From: an uncultured bacterium
Lineage (GTDB): Bacteria; Bacillota_I; Bacilli_A; RFN20; CAG-826
Assembly (NCBI GenBank): GCA_949285455.1
Contig: CASDXP010000003.1
Coordinates: forward strand, 308 to 64,307
Direction: 5' to 3'
DNA: 64,000 nucleotides
Positions 49,999 to 61,509 of the stretch are shown piece by piece (the first letter of the stretch is position 1; the number at the start of each line of letters is the position of its first letter). The notes below the pieces were generated by a model that was not told the DNA's origin, ran no database searches, and saw only the letters and a list, made by a program, of their open reading frames with translations. Position numbers and translations under genes: made by a program.

Positions 49999-50655
49999 TT
50001 ATCTTTCACCTCGGATGAGTTCCTTAACCTCAACGAAGAGCAAATCTTTACCTTTTGAGCCATCTAAAGTCACTAAGTTACCAGCTTCTTTATAATAATC
50101 AAGAAGTGGTTTAGTTTCATGTTCGTAGTGATTTAGTCTAACTTCTAAAGCTTCCACATTATCGTCTTTACGTTGCATCAATGGACCGCCGCAGATGTCA
50201 CAAACGCCATCTACTTTGGGTTTCATCGTATCGACGTGGTATGGCGCGCCACAAGATTTGCAGACGCGGCGGCCAGAAATCCTACGGATAAGTTCTTCTT
50301 TCGGCGTTTCGACATCGATGACAAGATCGATCTTGCGATGCATCTTTGCCATCATCTTATCTAACGCTTCCGCTTGGGGAATCGTGCGGGGGAAGCCATC
50401 GAGTAGGAATCCTCCTTTACAATCATCTTGCGCTAATCTTTCTTCGACGATGCCGATAGTGACATCATCAGGCACGAGATGACCTTGATCAATATATGAT
50501 TTGGCTTTTAAACCAAGAGGAGTTGCATTTTTCATCGCTTCGCGGAACATATCGCCAGTCGAGATATGTGGCAAATTGAATTCTTGAATAATTAATTTAG
50601 CTTGGGTACCCTTCCCTGCTCCGGGTGGGCCCATCAAAATAATATTTGTTTTCAT
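49999..50655 (-). CDS. adk: Adenylate kinase (Zn-lid type)
   Basis: GPPGAGKGTQA, HISTGDMFR, LLDGFPRT, CKSC...CDIC. Confidence 0.98.
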   Translation of the reverse strand: MKTNIILMGPPGAGKGTQAKLIIQEFNLPHISTGDMFREAMKNATPLGLKAKSYIDQGHLVPDDVTIGIVEERLAQDDCKGGFLLDGFPRTIPQAEALDKMMAKMHRKIDLVIDVETPKEELIRRISGRRVCKSCGAPYHVDTMKPKVDGVCDICGGPLMQRKDDNVEALEVRLNHYEHETKPLLDYYKEAGNLVTLDGSKGKDLLFVEVKELIRGER

Positions 50656-50658
50656 CTT

Positions 50659-52038
50659 TTAAAATCCCCTTCTACCGGCACTGGCGACGACTTCTTCGTA
50701 ACTCTTACCGGCTAATAGACCGCTGATTTGGTTAGAAATTTCAAGCGCGACACCGACGACGATAATTAAACCAGTTCCGCCGATGGCGAGCGATGAATTT
50801 TCACCGAACACGCCAGTCAAGGTTAAAACGTTAGGTAAAGCAGCGATGAAAGCGAGAGCAAACGCACCGATACAAGTGACGCGATTGACGACTTTCTTCA
50901 CGTATCTTTCCGTTTCATTTCCGGGTCTAATACCTGGAATATAAGATCCATTCTTCTGGAAGTTTTCGGCGAGTTGAGCTGGATTAATTTGCATGTTCGC
51001 ATAGAAGAAGGAGAACAAGAAGATGAGGATGATGTAAAGGATTAAACCCCAACACATGTACCAAGTTGTGCCATTCACACCTGGCATTGGATTCCAGGCT
51101 GAAATATTAAATATGGTAAGCCATGAAGCATTTTCTTCCGTCACACCCATGAAGGAAGCAATGATGGAAGGAACCATCAAAATTGCACTTGCAAAGATGA
51201 CAGGAATAACACCGGAGGCATTGACTTTAATTGGTAAGAAACTTGCTTGTGACATGCGTGGATTGTGGCCACCACCCTTACCAGCATTTTGAACAGGAAT
51301 TTTACGTTTCGCTAATTCGATGAAAACGACGAAAGCGATGATGAGTAAGAACGCTAAGATGTAGACGCTAAATTGGAATACACCTTGTAAAATGTAATTG
51401 CTTGCTTCCGTATTACCGAACCAAGAACCGATCCATTGTTGGAACGCTAATTGAATTTGTTGTGGGAAGCTCACCACGATACCGGCAAAGATGATGACGG
51501 AAATACCATTGCCGATACCTTTAGATGTAATTTGGTCACCAAGATACATGACGATCATTCCACCCGCTAACATGATAGCGACGATGTAGACGTAGTTCCA
51601 GAAGGACGTATCTTCGATCGTAATTAAACCTTGGTTAGACATCATCATGATGATGCCATAGGCTTGCACTGCGCCGAGAAGTAAAGTTAAATATCTCGTC
51701 GCCATCTCCATTTTCTTTCGACCAGTTTCACCTTGTCTTTTAAGTTCACTTAAAGCTGGTAAAACATCGCTAGAAAGAAGTTGGATGATGATGCTAGATG
51801 TAATGTAAGGAGAGACACCTAAAGCGAAAATGGAAACATTCGTCAAGGCTCCCCCGCCTAATAAGTTGATGAGTGATAAGGCAGAAGTTGTATTCATCTC
51901 GTTCGCCAAATCGTCCGATAATGAGACGCCAGGGATGGTAATTGCCGCTCCAAGGCGGAAAATGAATAATATCATGAGCGTAAAAAAGATACGCGACATG
52001 ATTTCTTTGTTCTTGAAGACGGAAATGAGCGTTTTCAT
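50659..52038 (-). CDS. secY: Preprotein translocase subunit SecY
   Basis: SIFALGVSPYITSSIIIQLL, GIGNGISVII, IPGIRPG, GGTGLIIVVGV. Confidence 0.98.
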   Translation of the reverse strand: MKTLISVFKNKEIMSRIFFTLMILFIFRLGAAITIPGVSLSDDLANEMNTTSALSLINLLGGGALTNVSIFALGVSPYITSSIIIQLLSSDVLPALSELKRQGETGRKKMEMATRYLTLLLGAVQAYGIIMMMSNQGLITIEDTSFWNYVYIVAIMLAGGMIVMYLGDQITSKGIGNGISVIIFAGIVVSFPQQIQLAFQQWIGSWFGNTEASNYILQGVFQFSVYILAFLLIIAFVVFIELAKRKIPVQNAGKGGGHNPRMSQASFLPIKVNASGVIPVIFASAILMVPSIIASFMGVTEENASWLTIFNISAWNPMPGVNGTTWYMCWGLILYIILIFLFSFFYANMQINPAQLAENFQKNGSYIPGIRPGNETERYVKKVVNRVTCIGAFALAFIAALPNVLTLTGVFGENSSLAIGGTGLIIVVGVALEISNQISGLLAGKSYEEVVASAGRRGF

Positions 52039-52039
52039 C

Positions 52040-52480
52040 TTAAATTACCAATGCTTGACCTTTCGCTTTTTCGATGCTAGCTTGCGCAGCTTTGGTGAAT
52101 TTATGCGCTTTGACGGTCAAAGCTACTTTAAGTTCACCATTACCTAGTATTTTAACACCATCGAGGTCCTTTTTGATAAGACCTTTTTCAAATAATTTTG
52201 TCGGGGTGACTTCTTCACCATCTTTAAAGACGTTTAAAGCTGTCACATCCACTTCGGCATAACGCACTTTTTGAATGTGGGTAAAACCTCTTTTTGGAAT
52301 ACGACGATATAAGGGTAATTGACCACCTTCGAAACCAAGTCTCGTATGGCCACCACTACGAGCATTTTGCCCTTTGTGGCCCTTACCAGCCGTCTTGCCA
52401 TTACCGGAGCCAATACCACGACCCTTACGGTAAGACTTAGTCATGCTACCTTTGGTAGCGCTCAAATTATGGAGTTCCAT
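52040..52480 (-). CDS. rplO: 50S ribosomal protein L15
   Basis: [32 protein letters not shown]. Confidence 0.99.
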   Translation of the reverse strand: MELHNLSATKGSMTKSYRKGRGIGSGNGKTAGKGHKGQNARSGGHTRLGFEGGQLPLYRRIPKRGFTHIQKVRYAEVDVTALNVFKDGEEVTPTKLFEKGLIKKDLDGVKILGNGELKVALTVKAHKFTKAAQASIEKAKGQALVI

Positions 52481-53139
52481 TATTTACTTTCCTCCTTTAC
52501 TTGACGTAAGGCTTTCACTTCGCCACGCGTCTTGAGAGAATCTAAGCCGCTAGATAAGGCACGGATAATATTAATTGGTGCTCTAGAGCCATAAACTTTC
52601 GAGACGACGTTTTTCACCCCAGCAAGTTCTAAGATAGCACGCACTGGACCACCAGCGATGATACCTTTACCTTCTTGGGCTGGTTTGATGAAGACGCTAC
52701 AAGCGCCATAACTTGCCATCACTTCGTGTGGGATCGTTCCTTTCTTATTGATAGGAATACGATGCAAATTACGACGAGCGTGTTCTAAAGCTTTCTTAAT
52801 AGCATCAGGTACTTCACCAGCTTTACCGCTAGCGAAGCCATAATGACCTTTATCATCACCGATGACGACAAGAGCAGTAAAACGCATACGTTTACCACCT
52901 TTGACAACTTTCGCCACACGTTTGATGGAGACGACTCTTTCTTCAAATTCTTTTTGACGGTCGTTATCGCCACGACGGCGTGGACCACCGTGACGTTCGC
53001 CACGGACGTTTGGTCTTTCTAAGCGCGGACGTCTTTCACCTTGGGAAGGACGAGCGGCTTTTTGGACGACTTCTGGTCCATGTTCTTCGTGGGCTTTCGT
53101 TTCCACTTCTTGAGTGTTATTCATAACTTTTTCTTCCAT
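52480..53139 (-). CDS. rpsE: 30S ribosomal protein S5 with N-terminal extension
   Basis: [38 protein letters not shown]. Confidence 0.98.
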   Translation of the reverse strand: MEEKVMNNTQEVETKAHEEHGPEVVQKAARPSQGERRPRLERPNVRGERHGGPRRRGDNDRQKEFEERVVSIKRVAKVVKGGKRMRFTALVVIGDDKGHYGFASGKAGEVPDAIKKALEHARRNLHRIPINKKGTIPHEVMASYGACSVFIKPAQEGKGIIAGGPVRAILELAGVKNVVSKVYGSRAPINIIRALSSGLDSLKTRGEVKALRQVKEESK

Positions 53140-53151
53140 CGCTATTTCCTC

Positions 53152-53508
53152 CTAGAAGACAAGTCCGGCTTTACGGCACGCTTCTGCGAGAGCTTGGACG
53201 CGCCCATGGTAGAGATAACCACCACGATCGAAGACGACTTTCGTAATACCTTTGGCTAAGCAAGCTTTGGCTAAAGCTTCGCCAACTGTCGTCGCTGCTG
53301 CGACATTTGAACCATTTTCTAATTTTAAAGAAGTAGAAGATGCGCTAGCGAGAGTAAGACCTTTCGTGTCATCGATCACTTGTGCTTCGATATGTTTATT
53401 TGATCTGAAGACGCAAAGACGTGGCATTTTACTTGTGCCGCTTACTTTATTACGCACACGAGCGTGTCTACGTTTACGCATTTCGTTACGTGAAGTCATA
53501 TTAATCAT
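53152..53508 (-). CDS. rplR: 50S ribosomal protein L18
   Basis: [25 protein letters not shown]. Confidence 0.98.
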   Translation of the reverse strand: MINMTSRNEMRKRRHARVRNKVSGTSKMPRLCVFRSNKHIEAQVIDDTKGLTLASASSTSLKLENGSNVAAATTVGEALAKACLAKGITKVVFDRGGYLYHGRVQALAEACRKAGLVF

Positions 53509-53523
53509 TTAGTCCTAGCCTCC

Positions 53524-54066
53524 TTACTTCTTACCGGCGCGCTTACCTTCCTTACGGATGATATGTTCGCCTTTGAATTTAATACCTTTACCATTATATG
53601 GTTCAGGTGGTCTAGTGAGTTTAATTCTCGCCGCTGTCTCACCGACCGCACGTTTATCGATACCTTCGACGTGCACTTCGGTTTGGCTCGGGCAAGAAAT
53701 CTTGACGCCTGGTTCGGGGATGATGACGACTTCATGGGAATAACCGACGTTGAGCACTAGGTTATCGCCTCTCATCATCGCACGGTAACCGATACCGACG
53801 ATTTCAAGTTGTTTTTTAAAACCTTCGGAGACACCGATGACCGCGTTGGCCACAAGTGCTCTTTGGGTGCCGTGATTTGTCTTCGCGGCGCTAGTTTCAT
53901 CGTGACGAGTGAAACTGACATTTTCGCCATCGATATGGGTGTCGATGTGAGCTAAGACTGGGACATCTAAGGTACCTTTTGGTCCTTTGACGACAATCTT
54001 ATTACCTTCGATTGTAAGGCTTACACCCGCGGGGACATGGATTAGTTTATTACCAATTCTTGACAT
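53524..54066 (-). CDS. rplF: 50S ribosomal protein L6
   Basis: MSRIGNK, VKGPKG, GIGYRA, PEPYNGKGI. Confidence 0.98.
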   Translation of the reverse strand: MSRIGNKLIHVPAGVSLTIEGNKIVVKGPKGTLDVPVLAHIDTHIDGENVSFTRHDETSAAKTNHGTQRALVANAVIGVSEGFKKQLEIVGIGYRAMMRGDNLVLNVGYSHEVVIIPEPGVKISCPSQTEVHVEGIDKRAVGETAARIKLTRPPEPYNGKGIKFKGEHIIRKEGKRAGKK

Positions 54067-54084
54067 AATTTACTTCTCCTTCCC

Positions 54085-54477
54085 TTACCAGACGTAACAT
54101 AATACTTCGCCACCGACGCCAAGATGACGTGCTTCCTTATCGGTCACGACACCTTTGGAAGTTGAGATGATAGCGATACCTAAACCACTTAAGACACGTG
54201 GAAGTTTTTCCACGCCGACATTCACGCGTAAACCTGGTTTAGAAATACGTTTTAAACCGGAGATTAAACGCACGCCATTTTCGCTATATTTAAGTGTGAT
54301 ATGTAAAGTCTTTTTCACATCTCCTGTGACGACGTAATCAGTGATGAAACCTTCATCCTTAAGGATGCGGGCAATTTCGACTTTCATCTTGCTAGAAGGC
54401 ATCGAAAGTGCTTCGTGTTTTAATGCATTAGCGTTGCGGATGCGTGTGAGCATATCCGCGATTGGATCTGTTAACAT
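54085..54477 (-). CDS. rpsH: 30S ribosomal protein S8
   Basis: [35 protein letters not shown]. Confidence 0.98.
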   Translation of the reverse strand: MLTDPIADMLTRIRNANALKHEALSMPSSKMKVEIARILKDEGFITDYVVTGDVKKTLHITLKYSENGVRLISGLKRISKPGLRVNVGVEKLPRVLSGLGIAIISTSKGVVTDKEARHLGVGGEVLCYVW

Positions 54478-54491
54478 GATGACTTTCCTCC

Positions 54492-54677
54492 TTACCAACT
54501 AGATTTCTTCAAGCCTGGAATTTCGCCCTTGTAGGCTAATTCACGTAAGCAGATACGACAGAGTTTAAATTTTGAATAAACGGCATGGGGACGACCGCAA
54601 CGTTCGCAGCGCGTATATTCACGAACTTTGAATTTTTGTGGACGAGCATGTTTAACTTTCAAACTAGTTTTTGCCAT
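54492..54677 (-). CDS. rpsN: 30S ribosomal protein S14 type Z (Zn-binding)
   Basis: 61 aa, MAKTSLK...RCERCGRPH...[10 protein letters not shown]...KKSSW. Confidence 0.97.
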   Translation of the reverse strand: MAKTSLKVKHARPQKFKVREYTRCERCGRPHAVYSKFKLCRICLRELAYKGEIPGLKKSSW

Positions 54678-54693
54678 AATTCGTATCTCCTCC

Positions 54694-55410
54694 TTATCTT
54701 TGGAAAGGCATGCCGAGTAAACGGAGTAACTCGCGCCCTTCTTCGTCGCTCTTCGCGCTGGTGACGATGACGATGTCCATACCACGCACACGAGCGATTT
54801 TCACGTATTCGATTTCTGGGAAAATCGATTGTTCTTTGATACCTAAGGTGTAATTTCCGCGACCATCGAAACTAGTCTTGGAAACACCACGGAAGTCACG
54901 CACACGAGGGAGAGCGATAGAGATTAACTTATCGAGGAAATAATACATTCTTACTCCTCTTAAAGTTACTTTCGTTCCGATGGATTGACCTTCTCTCAAT
55001 TTGAAGGTAGCAATCGATTTTCTCGCTTTCGTGATGATCGGTTTTTGACCGCTGATGTCAGTGAGTTCACTCACTGCTTCATCGATATATTTCGCATTGA
55101 CGGTCGCATCACCGACGCCGATGTTGACGACGATTTTGACAAGCTTTGGCACTTGCATAGTCGACGTATATTTAAATTTTTCGATCAAAGCTGGAACAGC
55201 TTCTTTTTCGTAACGATCTTGTAATCTTGATCTTTCTTTCGCTACTTTGTGTTCGCCGCTACTCTTTTTTGCTTTAGTGGCTACTTTCACTTCTTTCACT
55301 TCTTCAACTTTGCTAACTTTTTCTTCCTTTGGAGTGCTAGTTTTCTTCGTCGAAGTCGTTTTCTTCGTGGTCGTAGCTTTCTTCGTAGTTACTTTCTTTT
55401 CTTCTGGCAT
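54694..55410 (-). CDS. rplE: 50S ribosomal protein L5 with Lys/Thr-rich N-terminal extension
   Basis: [39 protein letters not shown] directly before the extended start. Confidence 0.98.
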   Translation of the reverse strand: MPEEKKVTTKKATTTKKTTSTKKTSTPKEEKVSKVEEVKEVKVATKAKKSSGEHKVAKERSRLQDRYEKEAVPALIEKFKYTSTMQVPKLVKIVVNIGVGDATVNAKYIDEAVSELTDISGQKPIITKARKSIATFKLREGQSIGTKVTLRGVRMYYFLDKLISIALPRVRDFRGVSKTSFDGRGNYTLGIKEQSIFPEIEYVKIARVRGMDIVIVTSAKSDEEGRELLRLLGMPFQR

Positions 55411-55424
55411 ATAAGTTTACCTCC

Positions 55425-55736
55425 TTATATCCTTTCGCCACTTTTGGCGGCGAGACGCACTTTAACTTTATTTTTCTTATCGTAATCGACGCGGATACGT
55501 GTGGCTTTCTTCGATTTTGGATCGATTAAAGCGACGTTAGAAGCATCGATTGGAGCATAGATTTCTTGAATCGAACCTTCGGGTGTAGCTTGTGAAGGCT
55601 TCTTATGCTTCTTATGAACGTTCACGCCTTCGACGACGAGACGATTAAGTTTTGGATAAACTGCTTGTACGACACCAGTTTTACCTTTGTCATCACCAGC
55701 GATGACGATGACTTTATCACCTTTCTTAATACGCAT
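55425..55736 (-). CDS. rplX: 50S ribosomal protein L24
   Basis: IKKGDKVIVIAGDDKGK, VVEGVN, APIDASNV. Confidence 0.98.
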   Translation of the reverse strand: MRIKKGDKVIVIAGDDKGKTGVVQAVYPKLNRLVVEGVNVHKKHKKPSQATPEGSIQEIYAPIDASNVALIDPKSKKATRIRVDYDKKNKVKVRLAAKSGERI

Positions 55737-55747
55737 AGTTACCTCCT

Positions 55748-56125
55748 TTAGAGAACTTCGGTCGCGAGGGAAACAATTTTCATGAATCCTTCTTCACCGT
55801 ATTCACGTAATTCACGCGCTACTGGTCCGAAGACACGCGTGCCAATAGGCATCTTATTATCATCGATTAAGACGATGGCGTTATCGTCGAAACGAATGGT
55901 CGTTCCATCCTTACGAACGTAAGGTTTCTTGACGCGGACGATGACACCTTTGACGATATCAGATTTTTTTACTTTACCGTTTGGAATAGCGTCTTTCACC
56001 GCGCATTGGACGATATCACCAATCGATGACGACTTGCGGAAGGAGCCACCGTAGAGACGGAAGATTCTTACGCTTCTTGCCCCGCTATTATCAGCGACGA
56101 CGAGATTAGTTTCATTTTGTACCAT
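55748..56125 (-). CDS. rplN: 50S ribosomal protein L14
   Basis: [27 protein letters not shown]. Confidence 0.98.
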   Translation of the reverse strand: MVQNETNLVVADNSGARSVRIFRLYGGSFRKSSSIGDIVQCAVKDAIPNGKVKKSDIVKGVIVRVKKPYVRKDGTTIRFDDNAIVLIDDNKMPIGTRVFGPVARELREYGEEGFMKIVSLATEVL

Positions 56126-56441
56126 CTATTTTTTCCTCCTCCGCTAATTCTTCTTTAATTTCTTTTTCCGCTTCCTTGACTGATTCGAGTGCTTTCTTGT
56201 CGATCGACACTAAGCGAAATCTTTTCGTCTTGGAAAGGGGTCTAGTTTTCATGACGGTGACGACATCACCGACTTTCGCTACATTTTCTTCATCGTGAGC
56301 GACGAGCTTCGTCGTAAATTGACGACGTTTTAAATACTTCGGGTGTTTCTTATGGGTTTCGATAGCGATGACGATCGTCTTATCCATCTTATTTTTGATG
56401 ACGACACCTTGGAACGTCGCACGTCTATTTCTACTTTCCAT
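56112..56441 (-). CDS. rpsQ: 30S ribosomal protein S17 with acidic C-terminal tail
   Basis: [28 protein letters not shown]. Confidence 0.97.
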   Translation of the reverse strand: MESRNRRATFQGVVIKNKMDKTIVIAIETHKKHPKYLKRRQFTTKLVAHDEENVAKVGDVVTVMKTRPLSKTKRFRLVSIDKKALESVKEAEKEIKEELAEEEKIDGTK

Positions 56442-56646
56442 CGTTATTTCCTCCAATATTTAATTCTCTTTCACGTTGGACCATGAGACATCTAGCGATA
56501 TCTTTACGCACGCGCTTGACATCTTCACCATGTTCTAATTGTCCGACGGCTTTCTTACGACGAAGATTCCATAATTCTTCTTTAAGCGAGTAAATCTTCT
56601 CGTTCAATTCGGTCTGACTAAGACTTCTGATTTCATTAACTCTCAT
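56431..56646 (-). CDS. rpmC: 50S ribosomal protein L29
   Basis: LKEELWNLR, VRKDIAR, and operon position. Confidence 0.95.
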   Translation of the reverse strand: MRVNEIRSLSQTELNEKIYSLKEELWNLRRKKAVGQLEHGEDVKRVRKDIARCLMVQRERELNIGGNNDGK

Positions 56647-56648
56647 CT

Positions 56649-57065
56649 TTACTCACCTTTGCCCCTTTCAATAATTTTGGTTTTGACTGGGAGTTTGTAA
56701 GCCGCTAGGCGGAGAGCTTCTTTCGCCATTTCATCTCCGACTCCACCGATTTCAAACATCACACGGCCTGGCTTGACCACTGCCACCCAACTTTCTGGGC
56801 TACCTTTACCAGAACCCATACGGACTTCAGCAGGTTTTTTCGTCTTAGCAAGTTGTGGGAAGATTCTAATCCACACTTTGCCACTTCTTTTCGTAAAACG
56901 GGATAAGACGATACGCGCCGCTTCAATTTGTTGGGCTGTAATGTAATCACCGCTTTGCGCTTGTAAGCCATAATCGCCGAAACTAACTTCGTTTCCAGCT
57001 TTAGACTTACCTTCATATTTAGTTGAATGAGGACGACGATATTTTGTTCTCTTCGGTTGTAACAT
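56649..57065 (-). CDS. rplP: 50S ribosomal protein L16
   Basis: [24 protein letters not shown]. Confidence 0.99.
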   Translation of the reverse strand: MLQPKRTKYRRPHSTKYEGKSKAGNEVSFGDYGLQAQSGDYITAQQIEAARIVLSRFTKRSGKVWIRIFPQLAKTKKPAEVRMGSGKGSPESWVAVVKPGRVMFEIGGVGDEMAKEALRLAAYKLPVKTKIIERGKGE

Positions 57066-57748
57066 TATTGTTCCCCTCCTTCATCTTCATTGAGTTTTTC
57101 TTTTTTGGCTAAGCCTTTAAAGATCCACACTTTGACACCGAGACGACCATAGGTCGTTTTTGCTTCCGCCATCGCGAAATCGATATCGTATTTAAGCGTG
57201 TGTAGCGGGACGCTACCTTCTTTATAACCTTCGCCACGAGCGATATCTGCTCCACCAAGACGACCGCTCACTAAGGTTCTACAACCTTTCGCGCCAGCTT
57301 TACGTACTTGTTGGATAGCTTTCTTTTGTGCAGTTCTAAATGAAGCTCTTGCTTCAAGTTGACGTGCGATCGTCGTCGCGACGATTTGAGCATCAAGATA
57401 TGGAACTTGCACTGGGATGACGTCGACTTTAATTTTGCTCGCATTGACTAGACTTGCTAAATCTTTACGAATTTTGTTGAGACGGTCGCCATTGGAACCG
57501 ATAGCGGCACCAGGAGAAGCGACGTGGATAGCAATTTTTACATCGTATCCTTCTTTTTCCGTCTTCACTCTTTCGACGTCGATATGAGAAAGTAAGGCTT
57601 CAGGATCGAGATGCTTTTCGATATATTCACGAATGCGACGATCCTCATTTAATAAGACAGCGTATTCTTTGCCTTCAGCAAACCAACGGGAATTCCACCC
57701 GCGGTTCACGCCGATACGCATACCAACTGGATTAACTTTGTGACCCAT
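57065..57748 (-). CDS. rpsC: 30S ribosomal protein S3
   Basis: [36 protein letters not shown]. Confidence 0.99.
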   Translation of the reverse strand: MGHKVNPVGMRIGVNRGWNSRWFAEGKEYAVLLNEDRRIREYIEKHLDPEALLSHIDVERVKTEKEGYDVKIAIHVASPGAAIGSNGDRLNKIRKDLASLVNASKIKVDVIPVQVPYLDAQIVATTIARQLEARASFRTAQKKAIQQVRKAGAKGCRTLVSGRLGGADIARGEGYKEGSVPLHTLKYDIDFAMAEAKTTYGRLGVKVWIFKGLAKKEKLNEDEGGEQ

Positions 57749-57759
57749 ATACCACTACC

Positions 57760-58212
57760 TTACCTTTCTTTGACGACACAAGTGATGTGCGACATTCTTT
57801 TCACTAAGCCAGAGGCACTACCTTTAGCGCGTGGAATGTATCTTTTCATTCTCATGCCATCGTTTGCATAAATTTCTTTGATGTAAAGTTTATTTTCATC
57901 CATCATGAAGTTGTTGGTCGCATTCGCCGCAGCAGATTTGATAACCTTGCTCACAGGAGCGACCGCGGCTTTGTTGACGTTTGCTAAGATACCTAAGGCA
58001 ACTTTGACATCTTTACCGCGTACAAGATCGATGACGAGTCTTGCTTTACGTGGGGTAACTCTTACGTTGTAAGCGATAGCTCTAGCTTCACTTACTTGTG
58101 GTTTTTGAGGAGCGGCCTTGACTTCGGCTTTCGCTTTTTTCTCTTTTTTGCCACGTTTAATGTCGGCTTTTTCTTTTAAGACGACATCTTCGTTTTTCTT
58201 ACTACGTGCCAT
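57760..58212 (-). CDS. rplV: 50S ribosomal protein L22 with Lys-rich N-terminal extension
   Basis: RVTPRKARLVIDLVRGK, SAAANA, PRAKG, SHIT. GGAGG SD before the extended start. Confidence 0.97.
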   Translation of the reverse strand: MARSKKNEDVVLKEKADIKRGKKEKKAKAEVKAAPQKPQVSEARAIAYNVRVTPRKARLVIDLVRGKDVKVALGILANVNKAAVAPVSKVIKSAAANATNNFMMDENKLYIKEIYANDGMRMKRYIPRAKGSASGLVKRMSHITCVVKER

Positions 58213-58224
58213 AGCCTATCCTCC

Positions 58225-58527
58225 TTATTTCTTCGTGGCTGCGGCCGCGGCAGCTTTATCTTCAGCTGTATGACCGGTATGCCCTTTATAAGTTCTCGTC
58301 GGCACAAATTCACCTAATTTATGACCGACCATATCTTCCGTGATGAAGACGGAGATGTGTTCTTTACCGTTATAAACAGCAAAGGTATGTTCGACGAAGG
58401 CGGGGAAAATGGTCGAACGACGAGACCATGTTTTGATGATTTCACGTTTGCCACTCTTATTTAATTCTTCCACGCGTCGGAGTAGATATGGATCACAGAA
58501 TGGACCCTTTTTTAAACTACGTGCCAT
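58225..58527 (-). CDS. rpsS: 30S ribosomal protein S19
   Basis: [25 protein letters not shown]. Confidence 0.99.
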   Translation of the reverse strand: MARSLKKGPFCDPYLLRRVEELNKSGKREIIKTWSRRSTIFPAFVEHTFAVYNGKEHISVFITEDMVGHKLGEFVPTRTYKGHTGHTAEDKAAAAAATKK

Positions 58528-58539
58528 ACTTCAACCTCC

Positions 58540-59367
58540 TTATTTTCTTCTTCTGACGATCATACGATTAGAAGCTTTCTTCGTATTTCTCGTCTTGACG
58601 CCTAAGGCACGTTTGCCCCATGGCGTTCTTGGTGCATCACGACCAACTGGCGATTTACCTTCACCACCACCGTGTGGGTGGTCGGTTGGGTTCATGACGG
58701 AACCTCGCACTGTCGGACGGACACCTAACCATCTAGTTTTGCCTGCTTTACCAAGATTGATCAAGCTATAATCTTCATTACCTACTTCACCGATCGTCGC
58801 ACGACAATTCTCTAAGACTTTTCTTACTTCACCAGATTGTAATCTTAAGATGACAGCACGATTTTCTTTACCAAGAATTTGTGCACTGGCACCAGCGGCT
58901 CTCGCCATTTGACCGCCCTTGCCAGGAGCAAGTTCGACGTTGTGGACGAGCGTACCTTCTGGGATGGATTTAAGTTCCATCGTATTTCCGACTTTGATGT
59001 CGACGGCTGGGCCGGAGATAAGTCGGTCCCCGATTTTGATACCCTTAGGGGCGAGGATGTAACGTTTTTCACCATCTAAGTAAGTGACAAGACAGATGTT
59101 CGCGTTACGGTTTGGATCATATTCGATCGTCTTGACGATGGCGGGAATGCCATCTTTGTTACGTTTGAAGTCAATGAGACGGTATTTGCGCTTATGGCCA
59201 CCACCGATATGACGGGTAGTGATGACCCCTTGATTATTACGTCCGCCGGTCTTTTTTAATCCGACGAGCAAACTTTTCTCAGGAGCGACTTTACTAATTT
59301 CTTCATTGGTCAAACTAATCATGTTACGACGTGACGGTGACGTCGGTTTATAACTTCTAGTTCCCAT
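58540..59367 (-). CDS. rplB: 50S ribosomal protein L2
   Basis: [29 protein letters not shown]. Confidence 0.99.
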   Translation of the reverse strand: MGTRSYKPTSPSRRNMISLTNEEISKVAPEKSLLVGLKKTGGRNNQGVITTRHIGGGHKRKYRLIDFKRNKDGIPAIVKTIEYDPNRNANICLVTYLDGEKRYILAPKGIKIGDRLISGPAVDIKVGNTMELKSIPEGTLVHNVELAPGKGGQMARAAGASAQILGKENRAVILRLQSGEVRKVLENCRATIGEVGNEDYSLINLGKAGKTRWLGVRPTVRGSVMNPTDHPHGGGEGKSPVGRDAPRTPWGKRALGVKTRNTKKASNRMIVRRRK

Positions 59368-59400
59368 TTTTATCAGTCTCCTATAATTTAGTTACTAATC

Positions 59401-59778
59401 TTATTCTTTGAATAAGTCTAACGCTTCATTCTTCGCTAAGGTGACGATGGCTTTCTTGTATCCTGGAACGCTACCTTTATAACGTCCGCCACGTGATTTT
59501 TCTTTGCTTGAAACGTTGATAATTCTCACGCTCTTAACTTCCACTTGGAAGAGCGATTCGAAGGCTTTCTTAATTTCCACTTTTGTAGAAGTAGGAAGTA
59601 CCTTCACGCTCACTTTGTTAAGATTTTGCATCGCTGCCATCGACTTTTCGGTGATGATCGGAGCGATGATGACGTCGAATTGTTTTAAAGTTGGTTCTTT
59701 GAAACGTTTGTTTTCGACGGCTTTAGTTTCTTTTTTGCTACGTCTAGTTTTCTTTGTAGCTTTTACTTCTTCTGCCAT
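59401..59778 (-). CDS. rplW: 50S ribosomal protein L23 with N-terminal extension
   Basis: PIITEKS, KVEIKKAFESLFQVEV, YKKAIVTL. Confidence 0.96.
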   Translation of the reverse strand: MAEEVKATKKTRRSKKETKAVENKRFKEPTLKQFDVIIAPIITEKSMAAMQNLNKVSVKVLPTSTKVEIKKAFESLFQVEVKSVRIINVSSKEKSRGGRYKGSVPGYKKAIVTLAKNEALDLFKE

Positions 59779-60425
59779 TACGCTAACGCCTCCTCGATGA
59801 CCTTGACAGCATCTTTTACTAAGATGACCGTCTTTGCATTAAGTAGGTCATACACATTGATGTCGCGTGCGTTTAATGTCTTTAAATTAGATATGTTACG
59901 CGCGCTAAGAAGAACATGTTCATCTTCTTCCTTGTAGACGATTAAGACTTTATCGCTTGCTTTGAGCGCTTTTAAGACGCTGACTAGTTCTTTTGTTTTC
60001 GCTTCTTTAAGACTTAATTCATCTAAGACGCGAAGACGATCTTTTTCGTGAGCGACGTAAGAAAGTGCACTTCTTAAGGCTAAGTCATGTTCTTTCTTAT
60101 TTTGCTTAATCTTATAATTTTGTTCACCAGTTGGGCCAAAGACGGTACCGCCACCAGTGAAGAGTGGTGAACGAGTGGAACCGGCTCTCGCGCGGCCTGT
60201 TCCTTTTTGACGCCATGGTTTTTTACCACCGCCAGATACTTCGTCACGCTTTTTTGTTTTAGCTGTCGCTTGTCTTGCATTGCTTTGTTGGACGCGGACA
60301 GCATTATACATCGCTTGCTTATGCGGATCGATGTTGAACACTTCGCCTTTGAGAGTAAGCTTTGTCTCTAAGACTTCGCCTTGCATGTTATAGACATCGA
60401 CTTTAATTGATTTTGCTGTAGCCAT
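59778..60425 (-). CDS. rplD: 50S ribosomal protein L4
   Basis: EVSGGGKKPWRQKGTGRARAGS, GGGTVFGP. Confidence 0.99.
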   Translation of the reverse strand: MATAKSIKVDVYNMQGEVLETKLTLKGEVFNIDPHKQAMYNAVRVQQSNARQATAKTKKRDEVSGGGKKPWRQKGTGRARAGSTRSPLFTGGGTVFGPTGEQNYKIKQNKKEHDLALRSALSYVAHEKDRLRVLDELSLKEAKTKELVSVLKALKASDKVLIVYKEEDEHVLLSARNISNLKTLNARDINVYDLLNAKTVILVKDAVKVIEEALA

Positions 60426-60439
60426 GCTCGTTTTCCTCC

Positions 60440-61162
60440 TTAGGCATTTTCTTCCACAGCCGCTTCAGCGGATTTTTCTTCCACTTTTGGACGGCGGTCT
60501 AATAATGGTTTAATTTCGATAGGTGCACCACTTTGCGTCTTGATCGCACTTCTAATCGTCACAAGTGCTTTCTTTGGACCAGGAATCGCGCCTTTCACAA
60601 GAATGACGTTCTTGCTCGCATCCACTTCGACGATGAGTAAGTTTTGAATAGTGACGGAATGGTTACCTCTTCTTCCTGGCATCTTCTTACCAGGGATGAC
60701 ACGGTTATTCGTACGACCATTGTTCGCAAAGGAACCAGAGCCACGGTGGTAACCAGAACCATGTCCTTTTGGGCCAATTGCGTGATGGTAAGCTTTAATC
60801 GTGCCGGTATAACCTTTACCCTTGCTCGTACCGATGACATCGACGATGTCGCCAGCCTTGAACATCTCGACACTTAAGGTTTCCCCTACTTTCTTATCCA
60901 TAAGTTCATCGCCTTTAAGTTCGATAAGATGTCTTTTTGGAGTAATACCAGCTTTCTTAAAGATACCTTTTTCACATTTGTTGGCTTTCGATTCTTTTAA
61001 ATCTTCGTAACCAATTTGTAAGGCATTATAGCCATCAGTTTCAGAGGTCTTAACTTGGGTGACGACGTTAGGATCACAATAGACGACAGTCACTGGATAC
61101 ATCGCACCATCTTCGGTGTAGACTTGCGTCATGCCAACTTTTTGTCCGATGATTGCTTTCAT
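60440..61162 (-). CDS. rplC: 50S ribosomal protein L3
   Basis: KVGMTQ, DGYNALQIG, GTSKGKG, KKMPG, VKGAIPG. Confidence 0.99.
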   Translation of the reverse strand: MKAIIGQKVGMTQVYTEDGAMYPVTVVYCDPNVVTQVKTSETDGYNALQIGYEDLKESKANKCEKGIFKKAGITPKRHLIELKGDELMDKKVGETLSVEMFKAGDIVDVIGTSKGKGYTGTIKAYHHAIGPKGHGSGYHRGSGSFANNGRTNNRVIPGKKMPGRRGNHSVTIQNLLIVEVDASKNVILVKGAIPGPKKALVTIRSAIKTQSGAPIEIKPLLDRRPKVEEKSAEAAVEENA

Positions 61163-61179
61163 CTCGTTTTACCTCCTTC

Positions 61180-61494
61180 TTATAATTTGATATCGATATC
61201 CACTCCAGCAGGTAAATCGAGACGGCGTAATTGGTCGATCGTTTCCTTAGTAGGATTAGTGATATCGATGAGACGCTTGTGCGTTCTTATTTCGAATTGT
61301 TCACGTGAATCTTTGTTGACGTGCACGGAACGTAAGATCGTATAGACTTGTTTTTCCGTCGGGAGAGGAACAGGTCCTACGACACCGGCTTTCGTCCTTT
61401 TCGCAAGAGCGACAATCTTCGCGGCTGAGAAGTCTAAGATGTCATGCTCGTAAGCTTGGAGGCGAACACGGATTTTCTTGTTTGTTTTAGCCAT
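61180..61494 (-). CDS. rpsJ: 30S ribosomal protein S10
   Basis: [38 protein letters not shown]. Confidence 0.99.
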   Translation of the reverse strand: MAKTNKKIRVRLQAYEHDILDFSAAKIVALAKRTKAGVVGPVPLPTEKQVYTILRSVHVNKDSREQFEIRTHKRLIDITNPTKETIDQLRRLDLPAGVDIDIKL

Positions 61495-61509
61495 GAATTT
61501 TTTCCTCCT

